Positions 28,501 to 41,300 of a stretch of DNA of 64,000 nucleotides are shown piece by piece. The notes under the pieces are model-generated. The model saw nothing but the letters and a program-made list of their open reading frames with translations. It searched no databases and was not told where the DNA came from. Origin of the DNA: Azolla caroliniana (taxonomy: Eukaryota > Plantae > Polypodiophyta); contig JBHGNT010000016.1 of the NCBI GenBank assembly GCA_043228905.1, positions 2,170,001-2,234,000 on the forward strand. The letters run 5' to 3'. Every line of letters begins with the position of its first letter. Position 1 is the first letter of the stretch. The translations under genes were made by a program, and so were the position numbers.

Positions 28501-31500
28501 AAGTCGAAGACACGATCAACTAGTCGGGCCGACCGAATGGTTGAGCACAAGGCTGACTAATTGGGCCAACTGTACAGCCGACACAGGAGTCAGCTAGTCG
28601 AATCGACTAGTCGGCTGATTAACTGCTATTATCATTAGTATAATAATAGGAATGAAAGTAGTAGAGGCTAAATTTGTAAGTAATATAAATACATTTAGGG
28701 AAAAACATAGAGTAGAACAGAAAGAGTAGAATGTGTAGAGAGTAATAGACAGACGTTAGTGGAGGTGTGAGAGAGACCAGCGCCATAGCTGTGTGAGCTT
28801 AGATGCCAAGAGCCCTGTGTGGCTGATACACTCTGTGCAAAGAGTGTTGTATTCTTGTCTCCCTTGTATTCCCTGTTGTACACTGGAAGATCTGTTTCTC
28901 CCGTGGTTTTCCCCGTTTAGGGTTTCCACACTAAACACTGTGTATTGTGCATTTTCTGTTTTCTGTTTTCCGCATATTGTGTATTTCACAGTCAGTCTTC
29001 CTCGCGAATCATAGGGATTCAAATCTAACACTTAACAACTTTGAACTTATGCAGCAGCCCATGTTTACTCAGAGAAATAATAGTGTGAGAAGTATGAAAT
29101 CTGTAATTTTCGAAATCTAGGTTTTTTCTCACAAAAATAAGGGAAAGACTCAGACGGAACCCTGCATTTTCCATATTTCCCAAATGTCCCTTTTTTTTTA
29201 TAATTTCCCAAATACCCTCGGTGAACCCACGAAAGAGCAAATATATGATTTCATAAACATAAAATGATTGCAAACGTTTTCTCATAAGAATAAAGTAAAT
29301 AAAATATTTTTTCACCTGATAGCCAGCTTTTCAAGAGCAGAAGCTGCAGCTTCTGTTGCAAGCTCATCTCCACTTCCTAAAAGACGTATGAGATGGGGTA
29401 TACTGCCAGCCTTATGAATTACCTGCCGAATCTCTTCATTCACTGCAATCTCCGAAATTGTGCTAGCAGCCAACCTTCCCACACTTACATCGTCAAGACC
29501 AAGTATCAATACTAACCTAGGTATACCATCATACCAAGGCATTATAGTGACTTGGTCTTTTCCATTTACAGTCTGATCTGATACCTGGGCTTTGGCCTCT
29601 TTTTCTAGCAACCCAATCCTTCCAAGAAAATGCTGTCTTGCTCGGCCATCAATTGCTAGTTGAGTGGCCTCATCAATATCATATGATTTCTTTTTTGCAT
29701 TCAATCCCAAAAGAAGATTTCCTGCTCCAAAAGTCGATGGTAATGGAGATGCATCCAAATCTATTTCCCCTGGGAATGAGGGAGTTTTATCAAGTAAGGG
29801 CTTAAATGATCGGTATGCACTGGCACCAATAAAAGGCACTGGAACCAACCCTTCCTCTACAATGATCTGCTTATATTGGTTGTTTTGCACAAGTTGCAGA
29901 AGTGTTTTGCGAGCTTCTTGCCGTGAAACTTTTGTACCTTTGTTACTTTTAATCAGATCTGCCTGAGATATATAACACAATGCTCATATCAAAAGTTTCT
30001 TTTTTGTTATTACAGTATAAAGTTTAGAGACATGTAGCTCATATTACAAGCAAATTTTAGTTATAACTATACCAAATTCAGAGCAATAGAATGTTTTAAA
30101 TAACTGTAACAATTTCTCAGATATGTAACATTGATGCCATTGTCACAAGCTAATTGTAATTATCTCTGTAAATTTTTTACAGCAGCAGTATGATGGGAAA
30201 ATATTAAAAAATGAATTGCATCATTTCAATACATGACTTGAAAAATTAAAATGGGTGCTAAATAGACAATGTTGTGATTACCAGTCTTTTAACTATCCCA
30301 GATGCCACCAGAAGTTCATGGTTGCGTTGATTTATGGAAAAATTAGCTAGCATACCAGTTGCTGATTCCATATCAACACTCTCCAATTCTAGCATAGAAA
30401 TCAGTATTGGTATGAGCTCTGAGATATCCACTTTATCCTTGACTAAATCCTCACAAGACAAATTCCAGAGACAACCACCTGCTTGTTCTCGAACCTGCAC
30501 ATTTTCCTCTAGATAATATTCAAGACTGTCCTGAACATCATTCAATTCATAGAGCAGAATATAGGCACTGTAAAATAACCCTTTTCAGGTCTCTAATCAT
30601 AAGAATATAGCGCTTGTGACATAGTCAGGCATTCAGAAATAACTTGAATTAATACTTGTTCAATGAGCACACAACTGGTATTCAGACATTAAACCATAAG
30701 AATATAAAACTTGATACAGAATTAGTCTCTATGGATTACTTTGAATAAGTTAGATGTTCGTGAAGACGATTTAATCTTGTATTCAGAATTTTTATAAATA
30801 TGATATCTTTGGGAATTATAAATCATTGGATGTTCCGTGAAGATCAAAACTTTTATTCACGAATTTTTATGAATTTGCATTTTCGATGTCCATTTAAGGC
30901 CCAACCTTGTATTTAGATATTTACATGGATTATATTTTCAAACTATTTAAATTAGATGTTCAATGAGAATCTAACTTGTATTCAGGCATTTACATGGATT
31001 ATATTTTCTGCGATAACTTAAAATATACAATGTTTAATGAAGATCTAAACTTGTATTCAAACAAATAGTACTCAATATTTCTACAAGTTGAATTTATATG
31101 TATGAGTATTTTTCTTAAAAGAAATCTCACCTGTTGTGATAAAGTGCTGAAATGATTAGATGATCAGATCATACGATGTACAAATTATATGATATCCGTT
31201 GAAGAAACAGGTTCTAAGCTTCTCTTCAGACATTTATATAAACTAGATTTCCACAGGTCATCTAATCATTAATAATGCATCTTTTATGCAAAATGCTCAC
31301 TTGTTATGATGCAGTGCTTAAATGACTGGATTGTATTCAGACAATTATCTAGATTGTTGTTAAAAAACGCATACTCTACATTTAGAAAACGTTTTAGAAT
31401 ACTCTGAAGTATTCTACACGTATTCTACGTTTTAGAACTGCCAATTTATAATATTTCATGTATTACATGTTTAACAAGTATTTAACATTTCCGAATAATT

Positions 31501-33389
31501 TAAAATTTTAAATTATTTTCTTTTAACTTTAAAATTTAAGAAATATTTATCGTATTTAACATATTTTATCTATGAAATACATATTCTAAGTATTTAAAAT
31601 AAAGGTAGTATACTTTTCGAATACTTAGAATACACATTCTACACGTATTGTATGCGAAGTATTCTACAACAATGATTTCCAACATTCATGTTTCAATAAA
31701 GAATAGATCTCATAGAGAAAACCTCACCTGTTATGATAAGATATTTAATGATTACCTATACAATGAAGATCTTAGTTCTAAACTTGTATTTAGACACTTA
31801 TATGTTTCCAGAAGTCATCTAACCTTGAGAATATATCCCTTACAGAAAATCTCTTGATAGTGCTTAACTCATTCGATAATCTAATTATAAGAAATCATTA
31901 TTTACATATTCAATCAAGAACTAATGCTTAAATGATTTTGCAATTAGATTATAAGCTAAGCTAATCAAATCATGAGATTGATGTTATTAGATAATATGAA
32001 CTGTATATCTCCACAAGTCAGTTTAACAACTAAGAACCTCTTTCTCACCTGCTGTGATAAAGTACGACGTGTCAGAATACCAATAATTTCTTCCACTGCA
32101 CCAACTTGAATAACGTCATTCCTATGATCATCATAAAGGCTAATATTACGAAGAAGACCAGCTGCAGCTTCTGAAGATTCCACTCTATTGGATGGAAGAA
32201 GACTAACAATTAGTGTTAGAATTCCAGGAAAAGAGACAATCTGATCAATGTTTCCCTTTCCATTCATAGAATGTCGCCAAAGAGCTCTTAGAGCTTGTTC
32301 TCTGTCTTCAGGCAGATTATCCATCCCAAGTCTCCTCACAAATAATCCGATATAAGCCTCCTTTGTTAGCTGTGAACCTTGTTCATCCTCACCTGTATCA
32401 TCCTCGTCATCACCATCTCCAAAGATTGATGATGTTATTGATTCAAGGCCTATCCAGCGATCCTCCTGTATCACCAAATTGTTCACAGGGATTCTGGATT
32501 TAAACCACGATTTCATAGAAAAAACCACACATTTCAAGAATCTGATCATAATTTCACAGAGAATATCATACATTTCACGCAAAGATTGCACAGTTTTGAA
32601 GTTTTAAGATTTGTACGGATATTTCACACAAATCCTTTTCATTTCTAGAAATTCAAGGAAGATTTTAGACAAACCATTTTCATTGAGATTCAAGAGATTT
32701 TGCAGAAACTATTTTCTAGAATTTCAAGCGATTCACAGACATAATGAATGAGATATTTCAAAGATATGGTTTCATTCCACAGATTTCAAATTATTTCAAA
32801 GATATCTTCTCGTTTCTAGAAATTTCATAGAAATCATTTTCATTCCAAAGAAACCATTTTCATTTTCCAAAGAAATCATTTCATGGAGGTCAATTTCACA
32901 GAGATAATTTAATAGAATTCACCTCATAGAAATCTTTCAGAGTTCAAGAAGACATTTCACAGAAATCCCATTGCTTTTAAAGAATTCAGGAAGACATATT
33001 GTAGAAATAATTTCCGGACTATATTCATGAACATATAATATAAAGGAAATTGTTTCAGATAGGTTCATGAGGATAGATACTCCACAGAAATCAGTTTCAT
33101 TTTACAGAAATCATGAAAGAAAATTTCACAAAACTTATAATCAAAGAAGAAAATCGTTCGTTTGCACCTTGTTTGAAGCTCGCAGAGAAGGAATACTTCG
33201 TCTACAGGATACATGAAGAGAAAAGAGATGAACCTTCCTGGACGAAAGAGAAGTACGAGAAAAAGAGAAAGAAGGGAATGAAACTTTTTTCGTGAAAGGA
33301 GAAGTCTGAAAGGTAAGCTTCGAAGTCCGTATGCTTCGCCATGGAAGGAGCTGCTCAGACTGAGGTAAGAAGACGAGACGCACATCCAT
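25565..33389 (-). CDS. ARM (armadillo) repeat protein with putative plastid transit peptide, 865 aa
   Basis: 9 phase-consistent exons: 33389-33168, 32465-32049, 30494-30282, 29962-29316, 27669-27573, 27464-27411, 27335-27214, 27130-26943, 26202-25565 (2598 nt, open). ARM motifs EAAAGLLRNIS, QAGGCLWNLS, GGIFPLVELL. Segments IVEEGLVPVPFIGASAYRSF and KDWVSSCL recall the Arabidopsis At1g23180-type protein (from memory). Exon 1 is S/R/F-rich and acid-poor. Confidence 0.88.
26270..26942. repeat. Tandem array in ARM intron 8, including an apparently perfect 194-bp duplication
   Basis: Repeated cattatg(c/t)accttgg units; 26521-26714 and 26715-26908 look identical by eye. Confidence 0.9.
28390..29030 (+). 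mobile_element. Solo LTR (641 bp) in ARM intron 4
   Basis: TGTTA...TAACA inverted termini, perfect 5-bp TSD cttaa (28385-28389 and 29031-29035), CCGACTAGTCGG repeats in U3, TATAAATA near 28685, no internal coding sequence. Confidence 0.88.
30600..32048. repeat. Degenerate tandem array in ARM intron 2
   Basis: Many aacttgtattcagacattta units about 60 bp apart, and three copies of the exon 2 donor junction. Confidence 0.75.
31353..31673. mobile_element. Possible MITE inserted in the ARM intron 2 array
   Basis: Imperfect TIRs attgttgttaaaaaacgcatac and gtatgcgaagtattctacaacaat, internal tattcta/tagaata repeats, AT-rich core; TSD unclear. Confidence 0.45.
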
Positions 33390-33480
33390 CGCCGTTTCAC
33401 TGCGTGTGTGTGTGTGTCCGAAAATGGACTCGTAAATCCTTTTCTAGTGATTTTTCTCTGATGGCAGTCAGTCAATCGAA

Positions 33481-34178
33481 TTCAATTTATGAGATAAAAA
33501 CCATTGATTTCTAACGAGAATTCCCACTTACCTCTCTTGACCAGACATTGATCTCATCTTGCCTTGCTTGACCAGACATTGGGCTCATCTGACCTTATTT
33601 GACCATGCCTTGGCCTCATCACTTGACCGAACATTGGCATCATCTGACCGTGCTTGACCTCACTCAAATGCACATGGCCTCAACTAACCATGCTTGAGCG
33701 AGATTCAATTTATGAGATCAAAAACATTAATTTCTCATGGGAATTCCCTTGTACTCAGTCGGGACCTCACTTTGACCTGACACTCATCTCATCTTGGCTT
33801 GCTTGACCAAACATTTGCCTCATCTGACCTTGTTTGACCATACCTTGGCTTCATTGCTTGACCGAACGTCAACATCATTTGACGCTTGACTATGCTTGAC
33901 CTCACTCAAATGCATATGACCTCTCCTAACCTGCTTGAGCAAAGATTCAATTTATAAAATTAAAAACAATAATTTCTCACGGGAATTGCCTTGTACTTAG
34001 TTGGGACCTCACTTAACCAAACATTAGTCTCATCTTACCTTGCTTGACCGAACATTAGCCTCATCTGACCTTGTCAGACCATACTTTGGCTTCATCGGTT
34101 GACCAAACATCAACATCATCCAACGGTGCTTGACCTCACTCAAATGCACATGGCCTCACCTAACCTTGCTCAAGTAGA
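33481..34178. repeat. Three ~230-240-bp tandem units with TTGACC sub-repeats upstream of the ARM gene
   Basis: Units start ttcaatttat at 33481, 33704 and 33946; each contains several gcttgacc.aacatt and ctcactcaaatgca motifs. Confidence 0.9.
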
Positions 34179-35469
34179 CTTGTCTCATAAAGCCTCCACT
34201 CATATCCCATAAGGTTCTCGAGAGAACTATGGCTTGAAATTTTGTGTTATTCTTCTATCCATTGCCTTGAACAAGCACACATATAACCATCTGTCTCATC
34301 TCATCTCCATCACCCTCATTGTATAGTTATATGATCAATGATTACCCAATATGCTACAATGAAATCACTCATCTACAAAAAAGAACATGACCATAATCTC
34401 ATTAAGTTATAGCCCAAGAACATTTCATGAAGCCACTAGTCTTGCTGATTGGCATGAGAAATAAATATTGCCTCACGATTTGTAATTGACAATTAATGTC
34501 AATTCATCATGTATGTCATTGCATGCCCTTCTCGTTGGACCGAATCCAAACACTAACTTGGTTAGGATTGCATCACAACCATTGTGTTCACAAATTCTAC
34601 AACTCTTTCACCAAAACATCTATCAAACCCAATTCTTACACAATTCTAACTTCATCTTGTAATCACGGCCATGATGTTAAACTTCATTTTTTCAACAAAA
34701 GGTGCAGAAGTCAGTCATGTTGAAGAACTTCTAACTACCATACACAAATTTCAAGTTCAGTAATAATGTTGATACAAAATGCAAATGTCATAGCAGCAAT
34801 AGAGACATAAGATGGAACCATATAGATTATTTTACATTAGAACTTTCCAGCCACCACAATAGTCAGACTATTACGAACCAAATTATTGTTAGTCAACTTC
34901 CTAACAAGCCATCTTTCAATAATTATCGAACCCGACAAGATGAAGCGTAAAATATATTTAAGACCTTGATTCCAACCTTTTCAATGATTATTATTATTTA
35001 AGAACCACAATAGCAAAAAACATATGGCTTTGTCTTTGTACTAATGATTTGTTAGGACAAGCTATAACAAATGCGAACATAGTGACATACAGATGGGTCG
35101 TTAAAGCGTTTTGTAAGCACTAATTATCATGACTTGAATACAATCATAGAGAAAAATGTATGCCCTTTTCTTTGTTAAGACAATCCCCATAATATATTAA
35201 AATATAGTGCGACAACAGAATGTTCTTTCGAGCTAGTTGTGCTTGTTTAAGTGATGAATATATGAGATTTTTTTATGCTAATGATTTGTTAAGACAAGCT
35301 TCATGATCAATTAGAATATTGTACAACAGATCGTTCATTAGAGCGTTCATTAGAGCTCTATAATGAAGATTTCATATCTTGTCAGAAAATCATAATCTCT
35401 AATGCGCTCTCAAAGTTTTCATGTTTCTGATGGTTGTCTATAAGATAGATGACTCTATATACATCGATT

Positions 35470-38262
35470 TCAATTGATACCAAAAAGAAAACAATTTGAA
35501 TATGTTGGCAAATCCAAAACCTTGTTTGAAGGAGTCATCGGTTGGCGAAATGGATTCACTTGCATCTAAGAAACAACATATGCATTGAAATTAACAAGAT
35601 GTTTCAGAAGAGATAATAAAGCTATATAGCAAGAGAAAATCTTACCGGTATAGTCAGTTGCAGAGCAAAGGTTGCCTCCAAAAACTTGCAAGCTAGAATT
35701 GCAGCCTCTTCGCAGAAGTCCGTAAAGACAGTTGGGACTCCAATATTTTTGGTTATTAATTCCTAGAATACATACATATATTCATTCTATAATTACCCGG
35801 AATTCTATAAGATTCACCAGCATAAGAGATGATTTCAAACAGCATAAGCACAAGAACACCTTCTATACCTTTTACTCATACCTTAACCTATAGTAAGATC
35901 TATACATCCTTACTGACACCATTTATTGTCTAGTTTTCCCAAGTCAATACTTTAACACAAAAATAACCTGAATTTTTTTTATTTTCTTAAATTTCCTTAA
36001 CCTTTCCTAAAATGGCCTTGGTCAACCTCCAAAAGAGAGAGAAAGTATAACGTGACCATTTAATTGCCCAGATTACCCACATTAATTACTCTTCCAGGAG
36101 TTTGGCCAAGGACATCTGGGGAGATAACAAGAACATACGGGCATTTGGACAAAATAAAGAAAAACTCAGCAAGTTATTTAGGAGTTTTTCCCTGCTGTTT
36201 ATTATGTTACACTAACCACAGTGGGTAGCCAGCTTGGAAACGCTGCAATGCCTGCATTGGCTGCAAAAATGAAGTCGGCAGGAGAATTCTGAAATATACT
36301 TGCAAATTGTCAAAACGAGGAAAACTAGATGCTAGATATAAGACCATAAAATAATGAGGTCCAGGTTAACCTATCTATAAATAATCTGCAAATCGAAAAA
36401 GGAGTGATGATAGTGACCTCGGCAATCTCACTGTATACATCATGGTAGAATCCTTTCCAAAGTTTTACGGTAAGATAACCCTTATTCTTCTCTCCTTCTG
36501 AATACAATTTGCATGCACAATCATTATCAGAGCATTTTGGAGGGCTCCTTAACTCCATTTCGAATTGATTTCTGCAACACATTGTCAGAAAAACGTGGCA
36601 TGTTGTCATGCATTAATCTTAAGAAGACAAAAGAAAGGAGGCTCACAAAAGTTGACCTCAGAGGTGCAACATCTGGTCCAATAAAATCAATATGTATGTG
36701 TTGACCTTGTATAAGATTACAAAGCTCTGCAAAAACTTCTAGTTGATCAAGTTCCTTCCGAGGACCTAGATGAGACAAAGTATCCAATTTCATACAAAGC
36801 CATAATTGAGCTGAACTGGGCTTAAATAGAAACACAGAAGACATCGTTACCAAGATAATGGATCCTTAAGCTTCTTTCCCTTTGCATCACCTTGCTGGGG
36901 AATTTCAAGGATACAAGTTGCAACGAATGGTATAATGTAAGAGGCTGCAAAAGTGATATTTTAATATTAAGTTGGATGAAAAAGCTCCACCCAAAATTAA
37001 ATAGAATGATCTTTCTAAACATTCTGCTTTAACATAATGATCCTCCTTCCAACAAGAAAAACGTGTCCTAAAGATTGCAGTATGTATTTCCATGCCCACT
37101 GGATGTCACTATTGCAGAACAACTTTATTGTAAACCTTTCTTTAGCTCCAGTTTTACGATGAGTGATAGCTTTTCAAAAAATAGAGTCCACCATCAACAC
37201 ATAAGTCAAGAATAAGAAAAAGCATACTTACCCAGTGAAGCAAAATTGAAACAGGGGAGTTCAAGGGAAGCTGTCGCCATTTGTAATAATCAGACCAACT
37301 ATCAATTTGGCATACTTCATTGTTCACTCCTGAATTTATCAGATGAGGGAACTTTTGACTCTTTTCCATTCATATGAAATGAAAATGAAATTACAACTAC
37401 ATTTTAGTCAAGAATCTAGACTCCACTCCATTATTCTCACTCTGTTAAGATTTTCATGACTAACGTTTGCCACATATTTTCACCTACCAATGACCAATAC
37501 TAACAAAACGGACATTCGCACACAAACAAGGATCATGGCATTAAACAATCCTCCATAAATGAAATATGTCTTCAACAATCCTTCGCAGATCTACCACTGT
37601 AGTGACAATGCTAAGTTTCCATTTGATGTAAGGAATGTCTTTTATATTAGATACATCCAGAGTCTTTCAAATGTTGGGTGTGAGCATTCATGTTTTTTTA
37701 TTGTTTCTTTCTGAAACCATATTATTTATTCCAGCTTACATCAACCATTGACGATGTTAGGGTTATATATATTAGGTAAATTTAGCATGTTGTGCCACGA
37801 GCTACAGATGATCACCATCCAGTATCCTCTCTAGTGGCACCTTCACATACTGTACACATTAGCAGATATCATTTACTCTTCCCTCAAACATCTTTCATAT
37901 CTCACAGATCTACCAGTGTAGTGACAATGCTAAGTTTCCATTTGATGTAAGGAATGTTTCTTTATATTAGCTACATCCAGAGTCTTCCAAATGTTGGATG
38001 TAACCTCTCTTTTGGCATCTTCACATACGGTACACATTAGCACATATCATTTACTCTTCTCTCCAACATCTTTCAAATCTTCAATGTATGCATGCATCTC
38101 TATTCTCTAATTTAAAAAATAGTAGTTCACTGATTGTTCAATTTGGTAGCAAAAATACCTGTACATGGACAAAGGTGAGATGGAAGCTTCCAACCCAAGG
38201 TTTTCTTTGATCCACCATCTTCTATTTTGTAAATAGACTCTCTCTTGGTTTTCTTTGATCCA

Positions 38263-38305
<43 letters not shown>

Positions 38306-41300
38306 AAAATGTTATATTTTCTTGTCTCATTTGTCATATTTGATCTTTGAAGATGAAATAAAATCTATCTACCCCTCCCCCCCCAATTGCTACCACACAT
38401 TTTTAATAGAGCTGTGTGACAGGAAAATCCCTACTAACTGGCCACAACATACCATTGTTTCAATCTTCAAGAGTGGGGACCACATGATGCAATTATAGGA
38501 AAATCATGTTTGGCTAAACTATATGGCTTAATCCTACAGTCAGAGTTGAGTGTGTGGACAGAGAATAATGGCTGCGATTTAGCTGGACAGGCACGGTTTT
38601 GAAGGTTCACAGCTTTGGATCACATATTGAACCTCCAAGCCCTTATCGAGGAGGGCAGATACCACAAAAAGAGGAATTATTGCTGCTTCGTGAACTTCTG
38701 AAAAGCCTTCGACACTACCACGTTCTCACATCATGCAATGGCTAGAAGCCCTGTAGATATACAATGGGGAATCTATGCACTTTATGAATCCATGTCAAGA
38801 AAATTGCAATCTCCCAATAAGTTGCCAGAGGCTGTGGCCAGCATAATTGGAGTAAAACAAGGATGCCCACGATCACTCAACCTCTTCAGTCTCTATATAG
38901 ATGAGGTGTCACATTACATAGAGAGCTTTAGCAGTTTGGGAGTGTGCCTACCGTCTATCTGACAACTTTGGAAGCTGCCTAGGCGAAGGTACTCAAGGTT
39001 GGCACTTATGTCATCAAAACAACTTGCTGAAAAAATATATCGTTGTTGGTATGCTGAAAACTAATAATAGTTCTAGTCACATGGCATAAGCATAAATTCA
39101 GTACTCTCATTCCAATATAGCTTGGAAGTGGAAAAAATAGACTGATTCGAACTGATATTATCAAATTGGATAACTAAAGAACATGGATCACTCCATAACA
39201 TGTCTTAATAGAAAAATGGCCCACTATAAGACACATTTTTAACACACATCAGAGGATGCATTTATCAACAAGCCCTCTTATATGAACACACATCTATTTC
39301 ACGTCCTTCACAGTGTGATCAGACAGCTGCAGAGTGGAAAAACACTATGTTTGTCACTATATCATTTGTTATGGAATACGAGGGAGATAGCCTCTTTGAC
39401 CAAAATTTTGGCCCAATATGTAATGTAAAGGAATATGAGGATCAATGGTGCCTGAAACGGTTCTTGTTATAACTCAAAAGACACAACGAGAAGTTATTGG
39501 AGGACAACAATACAACCACAGAAGCTCATTAACAAAGATCAATTACAACTTTCTTTAGCCCCATCACTTATACTCATGGTACAAGTCAATCAAGGTCTAG
39601 ACATGTGGGCTCCCAATCAGGACATTGCAAAAAGATGACAATAGATTGGACAATAGCAGTTTGTCATGCATGCAAGCCCTGACCTTGTGGACCACAATCT
39701 CGCCACTCTTTTCATCAACTGATAAAGGCTATCTCTCGCGATCGCAAGTGCTTCCCCTGATTCAGATATCTCTTTATTCTAGATTGACCTATGCTAGAGA
39801 CCTTCCGGACACAAAAACTAAATCTATCTTACTTGAGAATCTTACATCTAGAGACACTAGGATTCTTTAGGTATTTCTACTTTTATTTAGTTACATTTGT
39901 TTTGGTTTGTTATTCTCAAAGACAAGACAAGATTTATGATGTAATCTCTTGTTTGGTCTTATAAGCTATTTTGGCCACAATTGAGCGGTGTCACTACTAC
40001 ACAGCAGTAGGACATGCTGAATCATTAATAGCCAAGATGAACACTCCACCGAGGAAAGAATTTCAACTTGCTCCAATAAACCAAAATGCCACATCAGTAC
40101 TCCCTTCAACTTTCGTAGATATGCTTAACTCCATGCCTACCATCAAATAAAAGAGCATTGCGTATATCCCGATTATGACGCAATCCCCTATCTCTCTCTC
40201 TCTCTGGCCACTGGCTTGGTGGTTTACACTATAGTGTCAAAAGTCATAAAATTGAAAGAATCCAAGTTTGATCCTTGCCCTAGGCTAGGCCCCATCTCAT
40301 AGATCGTAATCATTCTCCCATGGATGTTAAAACAGATACCTATCTATATACCTCTCTTGGCAAAGAATTATCATGACTATATTCCTGCAACTACCTATAC
40401 TCAAGAACATGCATATTCAAGAAAGTGAATAATTGGCAAGAGGTCTTCACATATGAAAAAAAATGCAAACATTGTTTGGATATTAAAGTTTTCTATGCAA
40501 AATAAAAGTTCTAGTTAAAGATTAGAAGATCAGGTAAGACATAGACCCAATCCTGACATTGACGATGATTTTGTCCAGCAATCACATTCAGGTCCCCAAA
40601 AACTATACAAATGCACGCCATAACTCTCGAGAAAGGAACAAGCTGAGAGAATGTCACTGTCTATCTGGAAAACCAAATATAAACAGTATTTGTAAAAGTG
40701 TGATACTGAAATGCTCCTTTCATCATGTGATAAATTAATTAATATTCTATGGTCTTCTTTGTAGTACATGCACAATGATTAACACTAAAATAATGGAAAA
40801 CTTTATTGGGGAATGTAGGAAAGTATATATACACATACTTGTCTTATGGGCTGGTGTTGTAGATTAAGTGCATGTGACTGATAAGTGACAGTGAGAGAGA
40901 AAGACAGAGAATTATAATAAAAAATTGGAAAATGAATATTTTCTGTAGAAATCATTCTCTTTATTTCTGAACAGCAAGCTCAAAAATTTGATCAACGTTT
41001 TAAAGACTGACATAGAGATTTTAAATATTCTTGTCAGATTTGTGTTCCCTTCATAAATATTTCCAAATGGCAAACCAAAAAGTTCAACCAATATTTTAGT
41101 GAATGCATTTTGTTTCCCATTTTTTCATGTAAAATCATATATTTTCATCAATCTTCGTTCCCTTAATAAATATTTCCAAACAGCAAGCCCCAAAACTTCA
41201 ACCAATGTTTTAGTTACTAAGGCCACCTTTCTCCTAAACATTTTGGTATGTCTAAGTGAGAGAGAGAAAGAGAAATGAAATGTTATATTAACAACTTGAA

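Noticed and set aside
40020-40140. Candidate extra ZMYND exon
   Set aside because: The phase-compatible frame hits a stop, and exon 3 joins 38221 in frame with the expected WxLP..CPC motif.
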